The position numbers were made by a program, and so were the translations under genes. Under the pieces are notes generated by a model that had not been told where the DNA came from, made no database searches, and saw only the letters and a program-made list of their open reading frames with translations. 64,000 nt of DNA, from the NCBI GenBank assembly GCA_046313635.1, contig JBKBYA010000004.1, positions 64,001 through 128,000 on the forward strand, given 5' to 3'. Each line of letters begins with the position of its first letter. Position 1 is the stretch's first letter. The stretch is from Pyrinomonadaceae bacterium (GTDB taxonomy: Bacteria > Acidobacteriota > Blastocatellia > Pyrinomonadales > Pyrinomonadaceae). Below are positions 54,230-64,000 of the stretch, piece by piece.

Positions 54230-55090
54230 TCAAAACCTAAATCTATTCCCCTGATGGCATCGCTTGCAGTTGGCAAAGTCTTCGGCCCCGAAGGCTCGTG
54301 TGCCGTTGTGACAGGCGTAGCAGCTTGAGGCGCCGCCGCCGCGGGCAAAGTGCATCGCGGGTGCAGGTGACGAGACCTGGCGGCCCCGGGGGCCCGGGCG
54401 GACGGTGTGGCAGACCGCGCAGCTCAGACGCGCGCCCTGCACGTGGCGCGAGTGGCTAAAGTTTATCCGGTACGCACGCGAAGACTCGGACGTCCAGTTG
54501 GGGCGGCCCTCGACGTGGCACGTGCCGCACGACGCGAACGAATTTGGCGACGACGACGTGTGGCACTTAAAGCACGTGTCGTGCGCCGAGCCGTCGCTCG
54601 GGATGCTGAGTGCGACGCCGCGCCGCGAGGGCGTGTGACAGACCGAGCAATTCACACGCGCGTGACGGGTGTGTTCAAACCGCGTCGCAAAGCTGCGCAG
54701 CGGCGGGAAGCGCTTCATCGCTCCCGTTCGTGCGTCGGTATGGCAGATCGTGCAGATCGGGCTGGTGCTGTCGGCAAACTGCGGCGCGTGGCAGCCCGCG
54801 CACGGCGAATGCGCGTCCTTGCCCGGAAAGCCGATCCGCCCCGAGTTGGTGTCGCGGCGATGGCACAGCAGGCACGGCATCCGCGAGTGGTAAGAGCTGC
54901 TGTGATCAAAGCGTGAAAGGTCGCCCGTCTGCTCGTGCTCGCCTGCCTCGCTCGTCGGCGACGCGACGGACATCGTCGTCGTCACAGGCGAGACGCCGTA
55001 AAAGACGCCGATCAGCCCCGCCGCCAATATCGCCGGCAAAAGCCGCCGCACGCGCCGCGTCGAGGTCGGTTCGTTTGCCGCTGTTTTCAT
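54230..55090 (-). CDS. nonaheme cytochrome c (three c7/c3-type triheme modules)
   Basis: Nine CxxCH motifs; each group of three is preceded by F[DES]H...H; N-terminal signal/anchor. Confidence 0.88.
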   Translation of the reverse strand: MKTAANEPTSTRRVRRLLPAILAAGLIGVFYGVSPVTTTMSVASPTSEAGEHEQTGDLSRFDHSSSYHSRMPCLLCHRRDTNSGRIGFPGKDAHSPCAGCHAPQFADSTSPICTICHTDARTGAMKRFPPLRSFATRFEHTRHARVNCSVCHTPSRRGVALSIPSDGSAHDTCFKCHTSSSPNSFASCGTCHVEGRPNWTSESSRAYRINFSHSRHVQGARLSCAVCHTVRPGPRGRQVSSPAPAMHFARGGGASSCYACHNGTRAFGAEDFANCKRCHQGNRFRF

Positions 55091-55126
55091 CCGTCTCGTT
55101 CCGCCTGCACGGAAGTTCCCGAATGT

Positions 55127-55169
55127 ATTTTATTGCCCGCCAACCCCCGAGGCCGTGACTCCCGTCACA
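55127..55169 (-). promoter_or_regulatory. class II CRP/FNR-activated promoter of the nonaheme gene
   Basis: Minus strand TGTGA-CGGGAG-TCACG (55169-55154) centred 29.5 nt before TAAAAT (55132-55127). Confidence 0.65.
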
Positions 55170-55544
55170 GTGGTCAGTGGTCAGTGGTCAGTGGTCAGTG
55201 GTCAGTGGTCAGTGGTCGGTAGGCGGTAGCCAGTAGTCGGTAGCCAGTAGTCGGTAGCCAGTAGTCGGTAGCCAGTAGTCGGTAGCCAGTAGTCGGTAGC
55301 CGGTAGCCGGTAGCCGGTAGCCGGTAGACAGTAGCCGGTAGACAGTAGCCGGTAGTCAGTAGTCAGTAGTCAGAAATCCGCAATCCGAAATCCGCAATCC
55401 GAAATCGAATGGTCCGCAATCCGCAATCCGAAATCCGAAATCGAATGGTCCGCAATCGAATGGTCCGCAATCGGAATTCTGCATCTCGATTTACCATTTA
55501 CCATTTACCATTTACCGCTTACCGCTTACCACTTGCCGCTTACC
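55168..55544. repeat. compound heptamer tandem array
   Basis: 29 in-register CRGTRGN units (55168-55370), then CCGMAAT units, then TTTACCA/CTTACCG units. Confidence 0.92.
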
Positions 55545-56297
55545 TCACCTCCTGCCCTTCGGCAGCGGGATGAGCATCGAGACCTCGCGTTGGTAGTCCT
55601 CGTAGGCCTGACCGTGAAAGCCGACGAGGTCGCGCTCTTCGAGCTGTATCGCGAAGACGATATACGCGGTCGTCATCGCCGCAAAGAGCAGGTGCCCGAC
55701 GGTCATATGCGGCGTCGCCCAAAAGGCGATGATAAAGCCCAGCATGATCGGGTGACGGACAACCTTGTAAAAGAGCCGCTTCACAAAGGGCACGTGCGTG
55801 TACTCGCGCCCGCGCAGGTTGAGCCACACCTGCCGCAGGCCAAAGAGCTCAAAGTGATCGATCAGAAATGTCGACACCAGCACCATCGCCCAGCCGAGCG
55901 CAAAGAGCGCCCACAGCACGGCGCGGCCCGCTTCGTTCTCGACCGACCAGACCGTGCGCCACATCGGCCGCCATTGCCAAAACAGAAGTATCAGCGCGAG
56001 GCTCGACAGCAGCACGTACGTGCTCCGCTCGATCGCCTTTGGGACGACACGCGTCCACACACGCTTGAACTCGGGGCGCGCCATCACGCTGTGCTGCACC
56101 GCAAAGATCGCCAGCAGCAGAGCGTTCACCGCCAGCCGCGACCACCCCGTGCTGCCCAGACTACTCTCAGGCACCCCGACATCGATCGACTTGGGCACCA
56201 CCAGGTTCCCCACAAACCCGATCGCATACAAAAAGGTCACAAAAAAAACGAGGTAGCTCACCACCCCGTACAAAAACGCGAGAAGACGTCCCATCAC
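55545..56297 (-). CDS. mddA: methanethiol S-methyltransferase
   Basis: QHSVMAR, IERSTYVL, WQWRP, IDHFELFGLRQ, VRHPIMLG, FWATP, EERDL; GAGGAGG RBS. Confidence 0.82.
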   Translation of the reverse strand: MMGRLLAFLYGVVSYLVFFVTFLYAIGFVGNLVVPKSIDVGVPESSLGSTGWSRLAVNALLLAIFAVQHSVMARPEFKRVWTRVVPKAIERSTYVLLSSLALILLFWQWRPMWRTVWSVENEAGRAVLWALFALGWAMVLVSTFLIDHFELFGLRQVWLNLRGREYTHVPFVKRLFYKVVRHPIMLGFIIAFWATPHMTVGHLLFAAMTTAYIVFAIQLEERDLVGFHGQAYEDYQREVSMLIPLPKGRR

Positions 56298-56365
56298 AGA
56301 AATCCCTCCTCTTTGTCCTTCTGCCGTCTGACCGCCGACTGCCTATCGCTGCGTGCTGTCTCCGT

Positions 56366-56421
56366 CTACCGACTACCGTCCACCGACCACCGACCACTGA
56401 CCACCGACCACCGTCTGCCGC
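56366..56421. repeat. heptamer array, reverse complement of the 55168-55370 array
   Basis: CTACCGA CTACCGT CCACCGA CCACCGA CCACTGA CCACCGA CCACCGT CTGCCGC. Confidence 0.8.
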
Positions 56422-56561
56422 CCGCCTTTATATTTCAGAAGGGAAGGGATGTCAATGAGAACCAATTGCAGTCCCAAACGGGATCCGGCATTAGGTTAAT
56501 CTCTTCGAACGCTGCAAATGGGGGATCAATTCAAATTGTCACCGACGCATGATCGGTACAC

Positions 56562-58898
56562 CTAATTTAGCTGTGCATCTATGCTCTGAACGAGAGACTC
56601 GAATTGTTTCGGGTCGTTGTTCTTGATCATATCGATCACTATGATCGCGCATTGTTCAGCCTCCTCAATGTCAATTGGAAGCCACGCACGATCCAGCGAT
56701 GTTAGGTGGGAGTACTCATTGATTACGCGGTTTAACAATGCGGGAACATTCCCGTCAAAAACCTTCTTGAGGTTGCTCATTAACGAAAGCGAATTTGGGA
56801 AACGGTAAAAGAGATAACACTCAAGGAATTTCCGAAGATTGTTAGAGAAGCTATAAAACGTACTATACGAGTTGGAGAGATCTAATTTCTTTTCCCCCTT
56901 CGCTGACTGATAAACCCGATACACCTCTTCGAATAAAAAATTGAATTCGGTAACATATTCGCGCAAATGCGCCGGCATCGGCTTGATGAAAGAACGTCGA
57001 TCAGATGCCATATGCCGCCGTTCTACGAGGAAGTAATTAGCTCCTCGGGCGGTGGTTGTAAGTTTCTTCAAATACTTTAGAAACTCAAGATTGTGAGTTG
57101 AGATGAACAATTGCCGGTAGTTTTTCGGCTCGGCGATTTTAGATTCAATAAGGCTAAATATTAGAAATATGTGGCTACTATCCAGCGAAGAGATCGGGTC
57201 GTCGATAAACACAATCGTGTCTTCCCCCAACTCATCTCTTAAAGTCGCCACGAAGTAACAAAATGAGATCAGGCTGCATTCACCCTCACTGAGGTTCCGC
57301 GCTTCTTTACCTCCCCTAGTTACCCTAAACTTCGCCCCGGACGTTTCGCTGATAACTTCGAGATGAAGGTGGTCGTGTCCAAATGACCTCTCTATGTACT
57401 CATTCACCAGCTTCGCTCCAAGCCTTTCGTCTTTTGTCGACGCTTCTAGCCGCTCCTTTTCGGCCGTCAGCGATTCAGCCTTGGAAAGAAGTGCCTCACG
57501 CCTTTTCCCTAATTTCTTAATTTCGGATTCAAGTTCGCTGATCTCAAGCAATCTTTCCTCATAGCCAATCTCGATCAGGAACTCAGCGACCTCGGAAAGC
57601 CGTAGCTTCTCACGTGCCAGCGTCCGCGCAGTATCCAAACTATTGGAATGGCCATTATTGGAATCAACGAGTTCATTCAGTTCGTCAATCAAAAGCGCCA
57701 ACTCGTCATCAGTTGGTGCGAACGGGGAAAACTCAACGGTCTGAAAAATTGATTCCTTGCGAGCAGAAAGTGCTGAAACCAGGGCGAGGAGTCGAGACTC
57801 ATAACGCGATTTTAATTCAGTCAATCTCGTCTGCAGCGACTCCCAACGGCCACGGTGCGACTCATAGAAACCTGATCTGTCAGGCAGTTGAAATAAGCGT
57901 AGTACATCGCCCATTCTATCGGCCCTTTCTAAAAGCGCATCAATCTCCTTAGCAAGGTCGTCAGACTCTGCTGTAAAATGCCCGTCGAGTTTGGTCCATA
58001 AATCATCACTTAGTCTTGAGCTGCAGAACCCGCAAGTTTCGCGTTTGTCCCTATGCAGCGTAATTCCCGATCTAACCCAACTCTGAAGCAGATCGTTATT
58101 GATGAGGTCGAGGATCTGCTCTGTTGGTTTTATTTCTCTGGTTACGCTCGATGCAGTAGCCAACTCAAGCTCCGCGATATCGACTTTCGGTTTGGCAACG
58201 CGATCTAATCCGGGCAACTTTTCTTCACGAAGTTCTCTTCGCAGGCTGTCTTTTTCTGTCGGGGTTAGAATGCTGTTCGCGTCAACATTCTTGATGTCTT
58301 CTTTGATACGAGTAATGTTGTAAGTAACGACGTCAAAAGTGGCTGTGTCCTCTTTGACCCGTCTGGCTTTGGCCGTCAGAGACGAGTCCAGTTCTCGCTT
58401 TCGTCTTTCCAGTTCATCGTTCTTCGGCTTCAGCTCTTCTGCGAATTTAACCAGCTCGCCGCGAACGCCGGTCCGGTCCTCGACACTGCCAAGCTCTTCT
58501 GCCAACTCGCGGAGTCGCTTTTCGGTCGCCACGTTTTGTGCTCCGAGGACCGCGAATGCTTTTATCGTGCCGTCGTCGTTACGCAGCCATCCAAGGTTCT
58601 CTTTTACGAAATCACTGTTATAGACCTTGATCTTGAGTGTTGACAGAAGTTCCGTGAGGTTCGCGTCCGTGATTGTCGAGCCGTCCTCGAAGGTCACTCG
58701 AAATTGTGCATCTTCGTAATCACAATGAATTTTCTTGTCGCCTAGGCACTTCAGTATCCGCGAGATTGTCGTCTTGCCGGAATAGTTGCGACCGTAAATG
58801 ATGTTGACCTTACCGAACGATTTGTCCTGTCCGAGTGATTCGTTCCAGTCGAAGTCCCGATAAAGCCCGAAGTTGGCGATGTCAATCTTTGTGATCAT
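56562..58898 (-). CDS. RloC-like AAA_13 ABC-ATPase with zinc hook and HEPN nuclease
   Basis: GRNYSGKT, coiled coil with CGFC, LSEGE, IDDPISSLD, STHN, NNLRKFLE and RVINEYSH. Confidence 0.82.
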   Translation of the reverse strand: MITKIDIANFGLYRDFDWNESLGQDKSFGKVNIIYGRNYSGKTTISRILKCLGDKKIHCDYEDAQFRVTFEDGSTITDANLTELLSTLKIKVYNSDFVKENLGWLRNDDGTIKAFAVLGAQNVATEKRLRELAEELGSVEDRTGVRGELVKFAEELKPKNDELERRKRELDSSLTAKARRVKEDTATFDVVTYNITRIKEDIKNVDANSILTPTEKDSLRRELREEKLPGLDRVAKPKVDIAELELATASSVTREIKPTEQILDLINNDLLQSWVRSGITLHRDKRETCGFCSSRLSDDLWTKLDGHFTAESDDLAKEIDALLERADRMGDVLRLFQLPDRSGFYESHRGRWESLQTRLTELKSRYESRLLALVSALSARKESIFQTVEFSPFAPTDDELALLIDELNELVDSNNGHSNSLDTARTLAREKLRLSEVAEFLIEIGYEERLLEISELESEIKKLGKRREALLSKAESLTAEKERLEASTKDERLGAKLVNEYIERSFGHDHLHLEVISETSGAKFRVTRGGKEARNLSEGECSLISFCYFVATLRDELGEDTIVFIDDPISSLDSSHIFLIFSLIESKIAEPKNYRQLFISTHNLEFLKYLKKLTTTARGANYFLVERRHMASDRRSFIKPMPAHLREYVTEFNFLFEEVYRVYQSAKGEKKLDLSNSYSTFYSFSNNLRKFLECYLFYRFPNSLSLMSNLKKVFDGNVPALLNRVINEYSHLTSLDRAWLPIDIEEAEQCAIIVIDMIKNNDPKQFESLVQSIDAQLN

Positions 58899-58919
58899 AG
58901 GAGGGTGAAGCCGTGCGCT

Positions 58920-61484
58920 CTAGACCGCCAGTACCTTCGTCGATTCTTCACCGTACTGACTTATCACGCGCACAGCGATCTTTTGGCCTTTGCGTTTGAT
59001 CTTGATCGGGTGGGATTGGAAGCCGTAGATTCGGTCAAAGGCTTCTTCGTCGATCTCGATCTTTAGTGTCTTTTCGGCTCGCTGGCGGGTTTTGTCTTTG
59101 GCCAGGGTGTCGATGCCTTTTTTCCATTTAGCGAACTCGTCGCGGTCGCCGCCGCAGAAAAAGACTTGGCGGACGACGAAGTTGCTGCCGTCGTAGTCGT
59201 CGTCGACCATCCAGTAGGCGATGTCGTGGAGGTCGCGGGGTTTTACTTCATCCTTGATCGGATCGTAAATGTCGAGGCCGCGGATCTCGACGGTAGCAGC
59301 GTCGCCGTCAACGTGAGCCACGATATCGGGTTCACCGATGGTGACGAATGACGCCGCTGACTTGGCCGGTTTCTTCTTTAACCCGTCCTGAAGCAGGTCG
59401 TCATGGATTCGCGCCCGAGTGACTTCAAAACTGCCCATCGAAGTCGTCTGCGTGCTTCCCTCGATATCGCTCTCAAAGCTGAAGCCAAGAATGACCAACC
59501 ATTGCGCGTCGCCGCGTGCGCGGCACTCCTTGATCGCTTCGTTAACGGCGTTCTTTGAGACGGTGCCGAATTTGGGGCCGATGTGGAAGTAAGCCTTTTT
59601 CTCACCGACACCGTTCTGATAAAAGCCTTCGGCATGCAGGTGTTCGCCGGCGAGTATCTCTACGCGGCTGAATGTCACCTGCTGGTCCTTGCGGCCGTTC
59701 TTTATGCCGGTGGCCAGGAGGTGGTCCTTTATTACCTGTTCAAAATCCTCGCCATTGACCATCTTTTCGTCGGCCAATTCTCCTGGCGATACCGGCTCGA
59801 AGTTCTGCAGCGTCTCGACCGTGAAAGGACCGCTGACGCGCATTTTCTTTGCATCAATTTCCGGCCGGTCGTAGAGGGTTTCTTTTACCATTGGTTCATC
59901 ATTCACGAGTGATCCAAGGGTTATGTGTGGGACGGTTTTGTAAATGAATCCTTGACGAATATCACGTGATTTCTCGTCGTACAGTTTGTAGTAGGGAAAT
60001 ACGGCAGTCATCAGCCTAGATTTTGCGATATTGAGGGCAATTCGGCTCGTGTCTGTAGTAATCCAACGTCTACCAAACTGTTCGGCAACGAACGCAGTAG
60101 TGCCGCTGCCGCAAGTAGGGTCGAGCACCAGATCACCCGGATCCGTCGTCATTAAAAGGCAACGTTGGACTACTTCTAAATTCGTTTGTACAACGTATTT
60201 TGCTTTTGTTGCACCGCTAGTATCGGCCCACAGATTCGTCAATTTCATTACAGGGTAGTCGTCATGAAACAGTACGTACCGCAATGAATTCCCAGAACGA
60301 AATAGGCGTCCAAGCGACTTCAGAGTATTCATTCCGTTTAGGTCGGTTTTCCAGCAGACACCACCTGGCACGTCGTATGTGACACCCTCGAACTCAAATC
60401 TGAAATCCTGATTCTTTCTATACTGAGCTGGCTGCAAAGATGTTGGCGAAAAGATTCTTGCGCCCTTAGGAAGCAACTTGTTATTGAGCCACTCTTCTTT
60501 TGTAAGTCGACGCCTGGTGCCGTCCGGCAACTCAACATGTGACCATGTACTATCGCCATCCGTCGGCTTTTCCTTGAAAACAGGTCGGGTTTTAATTGCC
60601 TCGCGGCTCCTGCAGTACCATAGCAAGTAGTCTGAAACACTCTCGGTAACATCCGACCCCATCGGCATGAGCTTTTTCCTAAACGTAATTAAGGAACAAA
60701 AATTCTCACTACCGAAAACTTCATCCATTACATTCCTCACGAGATGCACATTCTCGTCAGATATCTGGACAAAGCAGCTCCCGCTTTCGCTTAATAGCTC
60801 CTTCGCGATTAGTAGCCGGTCGCGGATGTATGAGAGGTACGAATGAATGCCAAGTTCCCACGTGTCGCGAAACGCCTTGATCACCTCGGGCTCGCCAGTT
60901 AAATCTTCATCACTATCTTTAACCGTCCGATTATTAATCTTGATCTGCCAGTTCGACCCGTACTTAATGCCGTAGGGCGGGTCCATATAGATCATCTGTA
61001 CCTTCCCAGCCATCCCTTCGCGTTCGAGCAAAGACGCCATCACCAGATGGCTGTCACCCTGTATCAAGCGGTTCGTCCACCCGTCGTGGTGCGAGTAGTA
61101 ATCGGAAACCTTTTCGAGCTCATCCTTGTCCAGCGCGTTTCCAAATAGATCGTTGACACTGGCGAAAAGGTCGCTCTGTGGCGAGTCGTCCTCAACCACG
61201 CGGTACAGATTCTTGATCAACGTCTCGGGAGCAATATGCTCATGCCTGTACAGCGAACGAATATCGACACGTAGCAGATCCTCACGGTCGTCGTTGCCGT
61301 ACTTGTTCATCCAAAAAAGCTCCGGGTCCTGCCCGCGAGTGACCACGGGATTCTTCGGAAGCTCCAGGATTTTGCGACCTGACCGAACCTTCTGGTTACC
61401 GTCCTCATAGCCGGCTTCTTCTTTGCTGGGGATGAAAGCCCGCTTGTCTTTAACGTGCTTGATGCTGTCGATCTTTTTGGTCAT
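58920..61484 (-). CDS. mod: type III restriction-modification DNA methyltransferase (Mod)
   Basis: IYMDPPY precedes DPTCGSGT (beta class); variable central TRD; adjacent to res. Confidence 0.88.
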   Translation of the reverse strand: MTKKIDSIKHVKDKRAFIPSKEEAGYEDGNQKVRSGRKILELPKNPVVTRGQDPELFWMNKYGNDDREDLLRVDIRSLYRHEHIAPETLIKNLYRVVEDDSPQSDLFASVNDLFGNALDKDELEKVSDYYSHHDGWTNRLIQGDSHLVMASLLEREGMAGKVQMIYMDPPYGIKYGSNWQIKINNRTVKDSDEDLTGEPEVIKAFRDTWELGIHSYLSYIRDRLLIAKELLSESGSCFVQISDENVHLVRNVMDEVFGSENFCSLITFRKKLMPMGSDVTESVSDYLLWYCRSREAIKTRPVFKEKPTDGDSTWSHVELPDGTRRRLTKEEWLNNKLLPKGARIFSPTSLQPAQYRKNQDFRFEFEGVTYDVPGGVCWKTDLNGMNTLKSLGRLFRSGNSLRYVLFHDDYPVMKLTNLWADTSGATKAKYVVQTNLEVVQRCLLMTTDPGDLVLDPTCGSGTTAFVAEQFGRRWITTDTSRIALNIAKSRLMTAVFPYYKLYDEKSRDIRQGFIYKTVPHITLGSLVNDEPMVKETLYDRPEIDAKKMRVSGPFTVETLQNFEPVSPGELADEKMVNGEDFEQVIKDHLLATGIKNGRKDQQVTFSRVEILAGEHLHAEGFYQNGVGEKKAYFHIGPKFGTVSKNAVNEAIKECRARGDAQWLVILGFSFESDIEGSTQTTSMGSFEVTRARIHDDLLQDGLKKKPAKSAASFVTIGEPDIVAHVDGDAATVEIRGLDIYDPIKDEVKPRDLHDIAYWMVDDDYDGSNFVVRQVFFCGGDRDEFAKWKKGIDTLAKDKTRQRAEKTLKIEIDEEAFDRIYGFQSHPIKIKRKGQKIAVRVISQYGEESTKVLAV

Positions 61485-61489
61485 GACTA

Positions 61490-61990
61490 TTACTTTCTAA
61501 TGCGGGGCGGTTTCGATTTTGCCGTGCAGTACCTCTTGCCGTGGATGTCCATTGCTTTTACGTCTACCATTAACGAGCAGCGCGGACATTTCTCCAGAAT
61601 TTGGCTTGGAGATTTTCTCAACTTAGATAGCTTTGAAACTACTCGGTCAGTGTCCTTCTTCTTCGAGATCGCTTTTCCTTTTGCCCATTCGGAGTACTTG
61701 AGCTGGCCGTGAGCATTCTTGATATGTTGATGAAGCGAATCTCTCGGAATCGGTGTTTTGCAGAATTTACAAATCGCTCGTTCATGCTCGGAATACAAAT
61801 GGTCGGCGTACGCCTTCTTGGTAAACTTCTCGCCGCAAAATGAGCATTCAGTATTCTCCGTCTTGAGAAAAGCTCGAGCGGCTCGACGAGCCTCCTTACG
61901 AATCGAGCTCAATTTCGCCAACTTTTTCGGCCCAAAATTGCCCGCTTTCGCTCTGAGGCGTTGCCAAGCTTTGGAAGCGTTCTTGTACAT
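61490..61990 (-). CDS. basic protein with three zinc-finger-like motifs
   Basis: CSFC-x11-H-x4-H, CKFC-x11-H-x4-H, CPRC-x11-H-x4-C; fills the res-mod gap with 9 and 5 nt spacers. Confidence 0.7.
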   Translation of the reverse strand: MYKNASKAWQRLRAKAGNFGPKKLAKLSSIRKEARRAARAFLKTENTECSFCGEKFTKKAYADHLYSEHERAICKFCKTPIPRDSLHQHIKNAHGQLKYSEWAKGKAISKKKDTDRVVSKLSKLRKSPSQILEKCPRCSLMVDVKAMDIHGKRYCTAKSKPPRIRK

Positions 61991-61999
61991 CGTTCAGAA

Positions 62000-64000
62000 C
62001 TAGATGGAATTGATCGCGTCGATCAACACATTCTTGACATCCCGAATGTCATCCCGTACCTCGATGAAATGCCATTCGTCGTACCCGTACTTTTCACGCA
62101 CCGAGTTGACCGCCGGGAGCCATCTGTTTTCGACGTACCACTTCTTTTCGGCCTTGTCCTTGTTCATGCCCGTGATCTCAAGGATGAGGTTTTTAGGTTT
62201 ACCGTCACGCGCGTTCACGCGAATGATGAAATCAGGGTAATAGTCCTTTTCCTGCGCATCTTTGATATACGGTATGCGAAAGTCGAGAAAGCTGTTCTTG
62301 ACGTAGCTGATCACGTTAAGCTCTTCCAGCGTCTTCGCCGCGATCGCTTCCCAGCCGCTGTCTTCGACCACGAAGTTGACGTGCGACCTCTCGGTCTCGT
62401 AAACCGCTTTGGTCGTGGTCCCGCTGACGTATTTGGTACTGCCGAACCGGTTGTAGTGATTAAAGACCGGCCGCACGAACTCGGTCGTGTTGAGATGGGT
62501 ATTTATTCCGCGTGAAATATGCTCGACGACCTTTTTGGGATCGTGGAAGTAAAGCAGGCGTTTGTATTCGTCGCCCCGAATTCCGAGAAGGCGAACCTTA
62601 TCGTTGTACCACTCGCCGACGATCTCCTTCAGACGGCCGAAGTAACGGAACTCGGGATTGCCTTCAACGTCGGAGAATTTGTATCTGATCAGCTCCTTTG
62701 TGATGAGGTAGTGAAGCTCGCTGTCGCGCTTTTCGAGAACGTCCTTGACCTGCAGCTTTTCTTCTCGCGGCGAGATCGCGACGGCCAGCGTCGCCTCGAC
62801 CGGATAACGCGTGCCGTCTATGTCGTAAGGCTCGACCGCCGAAAAATCGCTCGTGATCTCGCCGGCCGTACTCTCGATGCGGTAGCCGACGACGTTCGGG
62901 AAAGTTATTTCGAATTCGTCTTTTCGCTCGGGCAGAGCTTTGATGTGGTGTGACTCCACCGGCGGCGGCACCGGTGCCGCGGTGCCGCCTTTGAAGAGCT
63001 TAAACGGAACGCCGATGATGTGGGCGTACTCCGGCGGAAACTTGTGCATCACCGCCTTTCGGCCGTCCGTTGTGGGGTTGCCGTCTTTGTCGTACGACTC
63101 CAGGAAGTAATTCATCCGCCTCAGCGCACGCCCGGCCACCTGCTCGCAAAGCAGCTGCGAGCCAAAGGCACGAATTCCCATGATGTGCGTGACGGTGTTT
63201 GCGTCCCAGCCCTCGGTGAGCATCGAGACCGATACCACGCACCGGACATGCTCGCCAAGCTTGCCCTGCTGCCCGACCGTGTTGACGACCTCACGGAGTA
63301 TCTGCGCATCGGTGATGTTCTCGGCCGAAGCTTGCCCGTGGATGCGGGCATAATCGCGTTTGAACATCTCGATCTCGTCCGCAAAGACCTTCTTAAATTC
63401 GTCGTTGATCTGGTCGGTGTTGTCGAGAGCGTCGCTGTCGATGAGCAACGTCGGCGGCTTTCGTTTGGGCCGTTTGTTTTGATCGTAGTTGTCGAACTGC
63501 GGCTTTATGCCGTTAACCACCTGCACTTCGCCGTCGGCGTCCACGTACTCGTAACCGGCAATGTACTTGTAGACCTCTTTCGAAACCGACGTGTTGTTGC
63601 AGACGATGATGAAGACCGGAGGCGGCGTGAACAGATTTCGCGACTTTTCGAACTGTTCGCGATGACCTTTCGAATACTCATCGTAGTGGTTGTAGAACAT
63701 GTCCAGCGCCTGCTTGATCAGCGCCGGGATGACGGGCTTCTCTTCCCGCAGCGTTTCGCCCTCTTCCTTTGCTTCCTTTTTCTTCTTCCTCTGCCCCTTC
63801 CTCGGAAGTTCGCTGCGGACGTGTTCGTACAGATTCGCCAGTACCGGCTGCTCAAGTTCCTGCGACGAGTCCGTATCCGGAAGGAACGGAATCTTGACCA
63901 GCCCCGACTCGATAGCCTCGATCAAACCGAAATCCGAAACGACCCACGGAAACAGGCTGTAAGGTTCATAACCCGAACCGCTCAAATAATACGGCGTCGC
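62000..64000 (-). CDS. res: type III restriction endonuclease (Res), 5' part outside the window
   Basis: Frame open to the edge (ATPYY); [16 protein letters not shown] helicase motifs; YYPDF...LILEI nuclease motif. Confidence 0.88.
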   Translation of the reverse strand, partial: ATPYYLSGSGYEPYSLFPWVVSDFGLIEAIESGLVKIPFLPDTDSSQELEQPVLANLYEHVRSELPRKGQRKKKKEAKEEGETLREEKPVIPALIKQALDMFYNHYDEYSKGHREQFEKSRNLFTPPPVFIIVCNNTSVSKEVYKYIAGYEYVDADGEVQVVNGIKPQFDNYDQNKRPKRKPPTLLIDSDALDNTDQINDEFKKVFADEIEMFKRDYARIHGQASAENITDAQILREVVNTVGQQGKLGEHVRCVVSVSMLTEGWDANTVTHIMGIRAFGSQLLCEQVAGRALRRMNYFLESYDKDGNPTTDGRKAVMHKFPPEYAHIIGVPFKLFKGGTAAPVPPPVESHHIKALPERKDEFEITFPNVVGYRIESTAGEITSDFSAVEPYDIDGTRYPVEATLAVAISPREEKLQVKDVLEKRDSELHYLITKELIRYKFSDVEGNPEFRYFGRLKEIVGEWYNDKVRLLGIRGDEYKRLLYFHDPKKVVEHISRGINTHLNTTEFVRPVFNHYNRFGSTKYVSGTTTKAVYETERSHVNFVVEDSGWEAIAAKTLEELNVISYVKNSFLDFRIPYIKDAQEKDYYPDFIIRVNARDGKPKNLILEITGMNKDKAEKKWYVENRWLPAVNSVREKYGYDEWHFIEVRDDIRDVKNVLIDAINSI

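Noticed and set aside
55168..55544. CRISPR array or coding repeat (ORF 54935..55222)
   Set aside because: Pure heptamer tandem with no spacers; the QWSVVSG translation is a by-product of the repeat.
58920..61484. Phase-variable mod (phasevarion)
   Set aside because: No simple sequence repeat tract seen in or just upstream of the ORF.
56430..64000. Prophage or integrative element call for the lower-GC block
   Set aside because: No integrase, att repeat, tRNA or phage gene is visible in the window.

Overview
GC-rich bacterial chromosome segment. Gene content (Acidobacterial-type VWA protein, DUF4097, DUF5916) suggests Acidobacteriota, probably Blastocatellia; this is inference. Bases 1-48 kb are mostly housekeeping and envelope genes (gltA, ptrB, gatA/gatC, maf, panC/panB/folK, uvrA, moaC/moeA, glmM, aroB) with REP-like repeats and an orphan RHS remnant. 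Five things stand out. (1) A secreted S8 protease with a C-terminal (SDGLLx)n hexapeptide array lies directly upstream of a multi-TM GGDEF-EAL gene, a candidate protease/peptide to c-di-GMP signalling pair. (2) A 48.3-55.2 kb cluster encodes a catalytically degenerate Cys-rich LDH-like protein, an FNR-like Crp regulator, a stand-alone cNMP domain, an MtrA/DmsE decaheme cytochrome, an MtrB-like porin and a nonaheme c7-type cytochrome; four CRP-type boxes link it, two in exact class II (-41.5) geometry. (3) mddA is enclosed by mirror-image heptamer arrays. (4) A lower-GC defence operon (type III Res, triple zinc-finger protein, Mod, RloC-like ATPase/HEPN nuclease) runs off the right edge. (5) A promoter-driven structured leader precedes aroB. 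No rRNA, tRNA, CRISPR array or transposase was seen. All family assignments come from motif recognition, not database searches.
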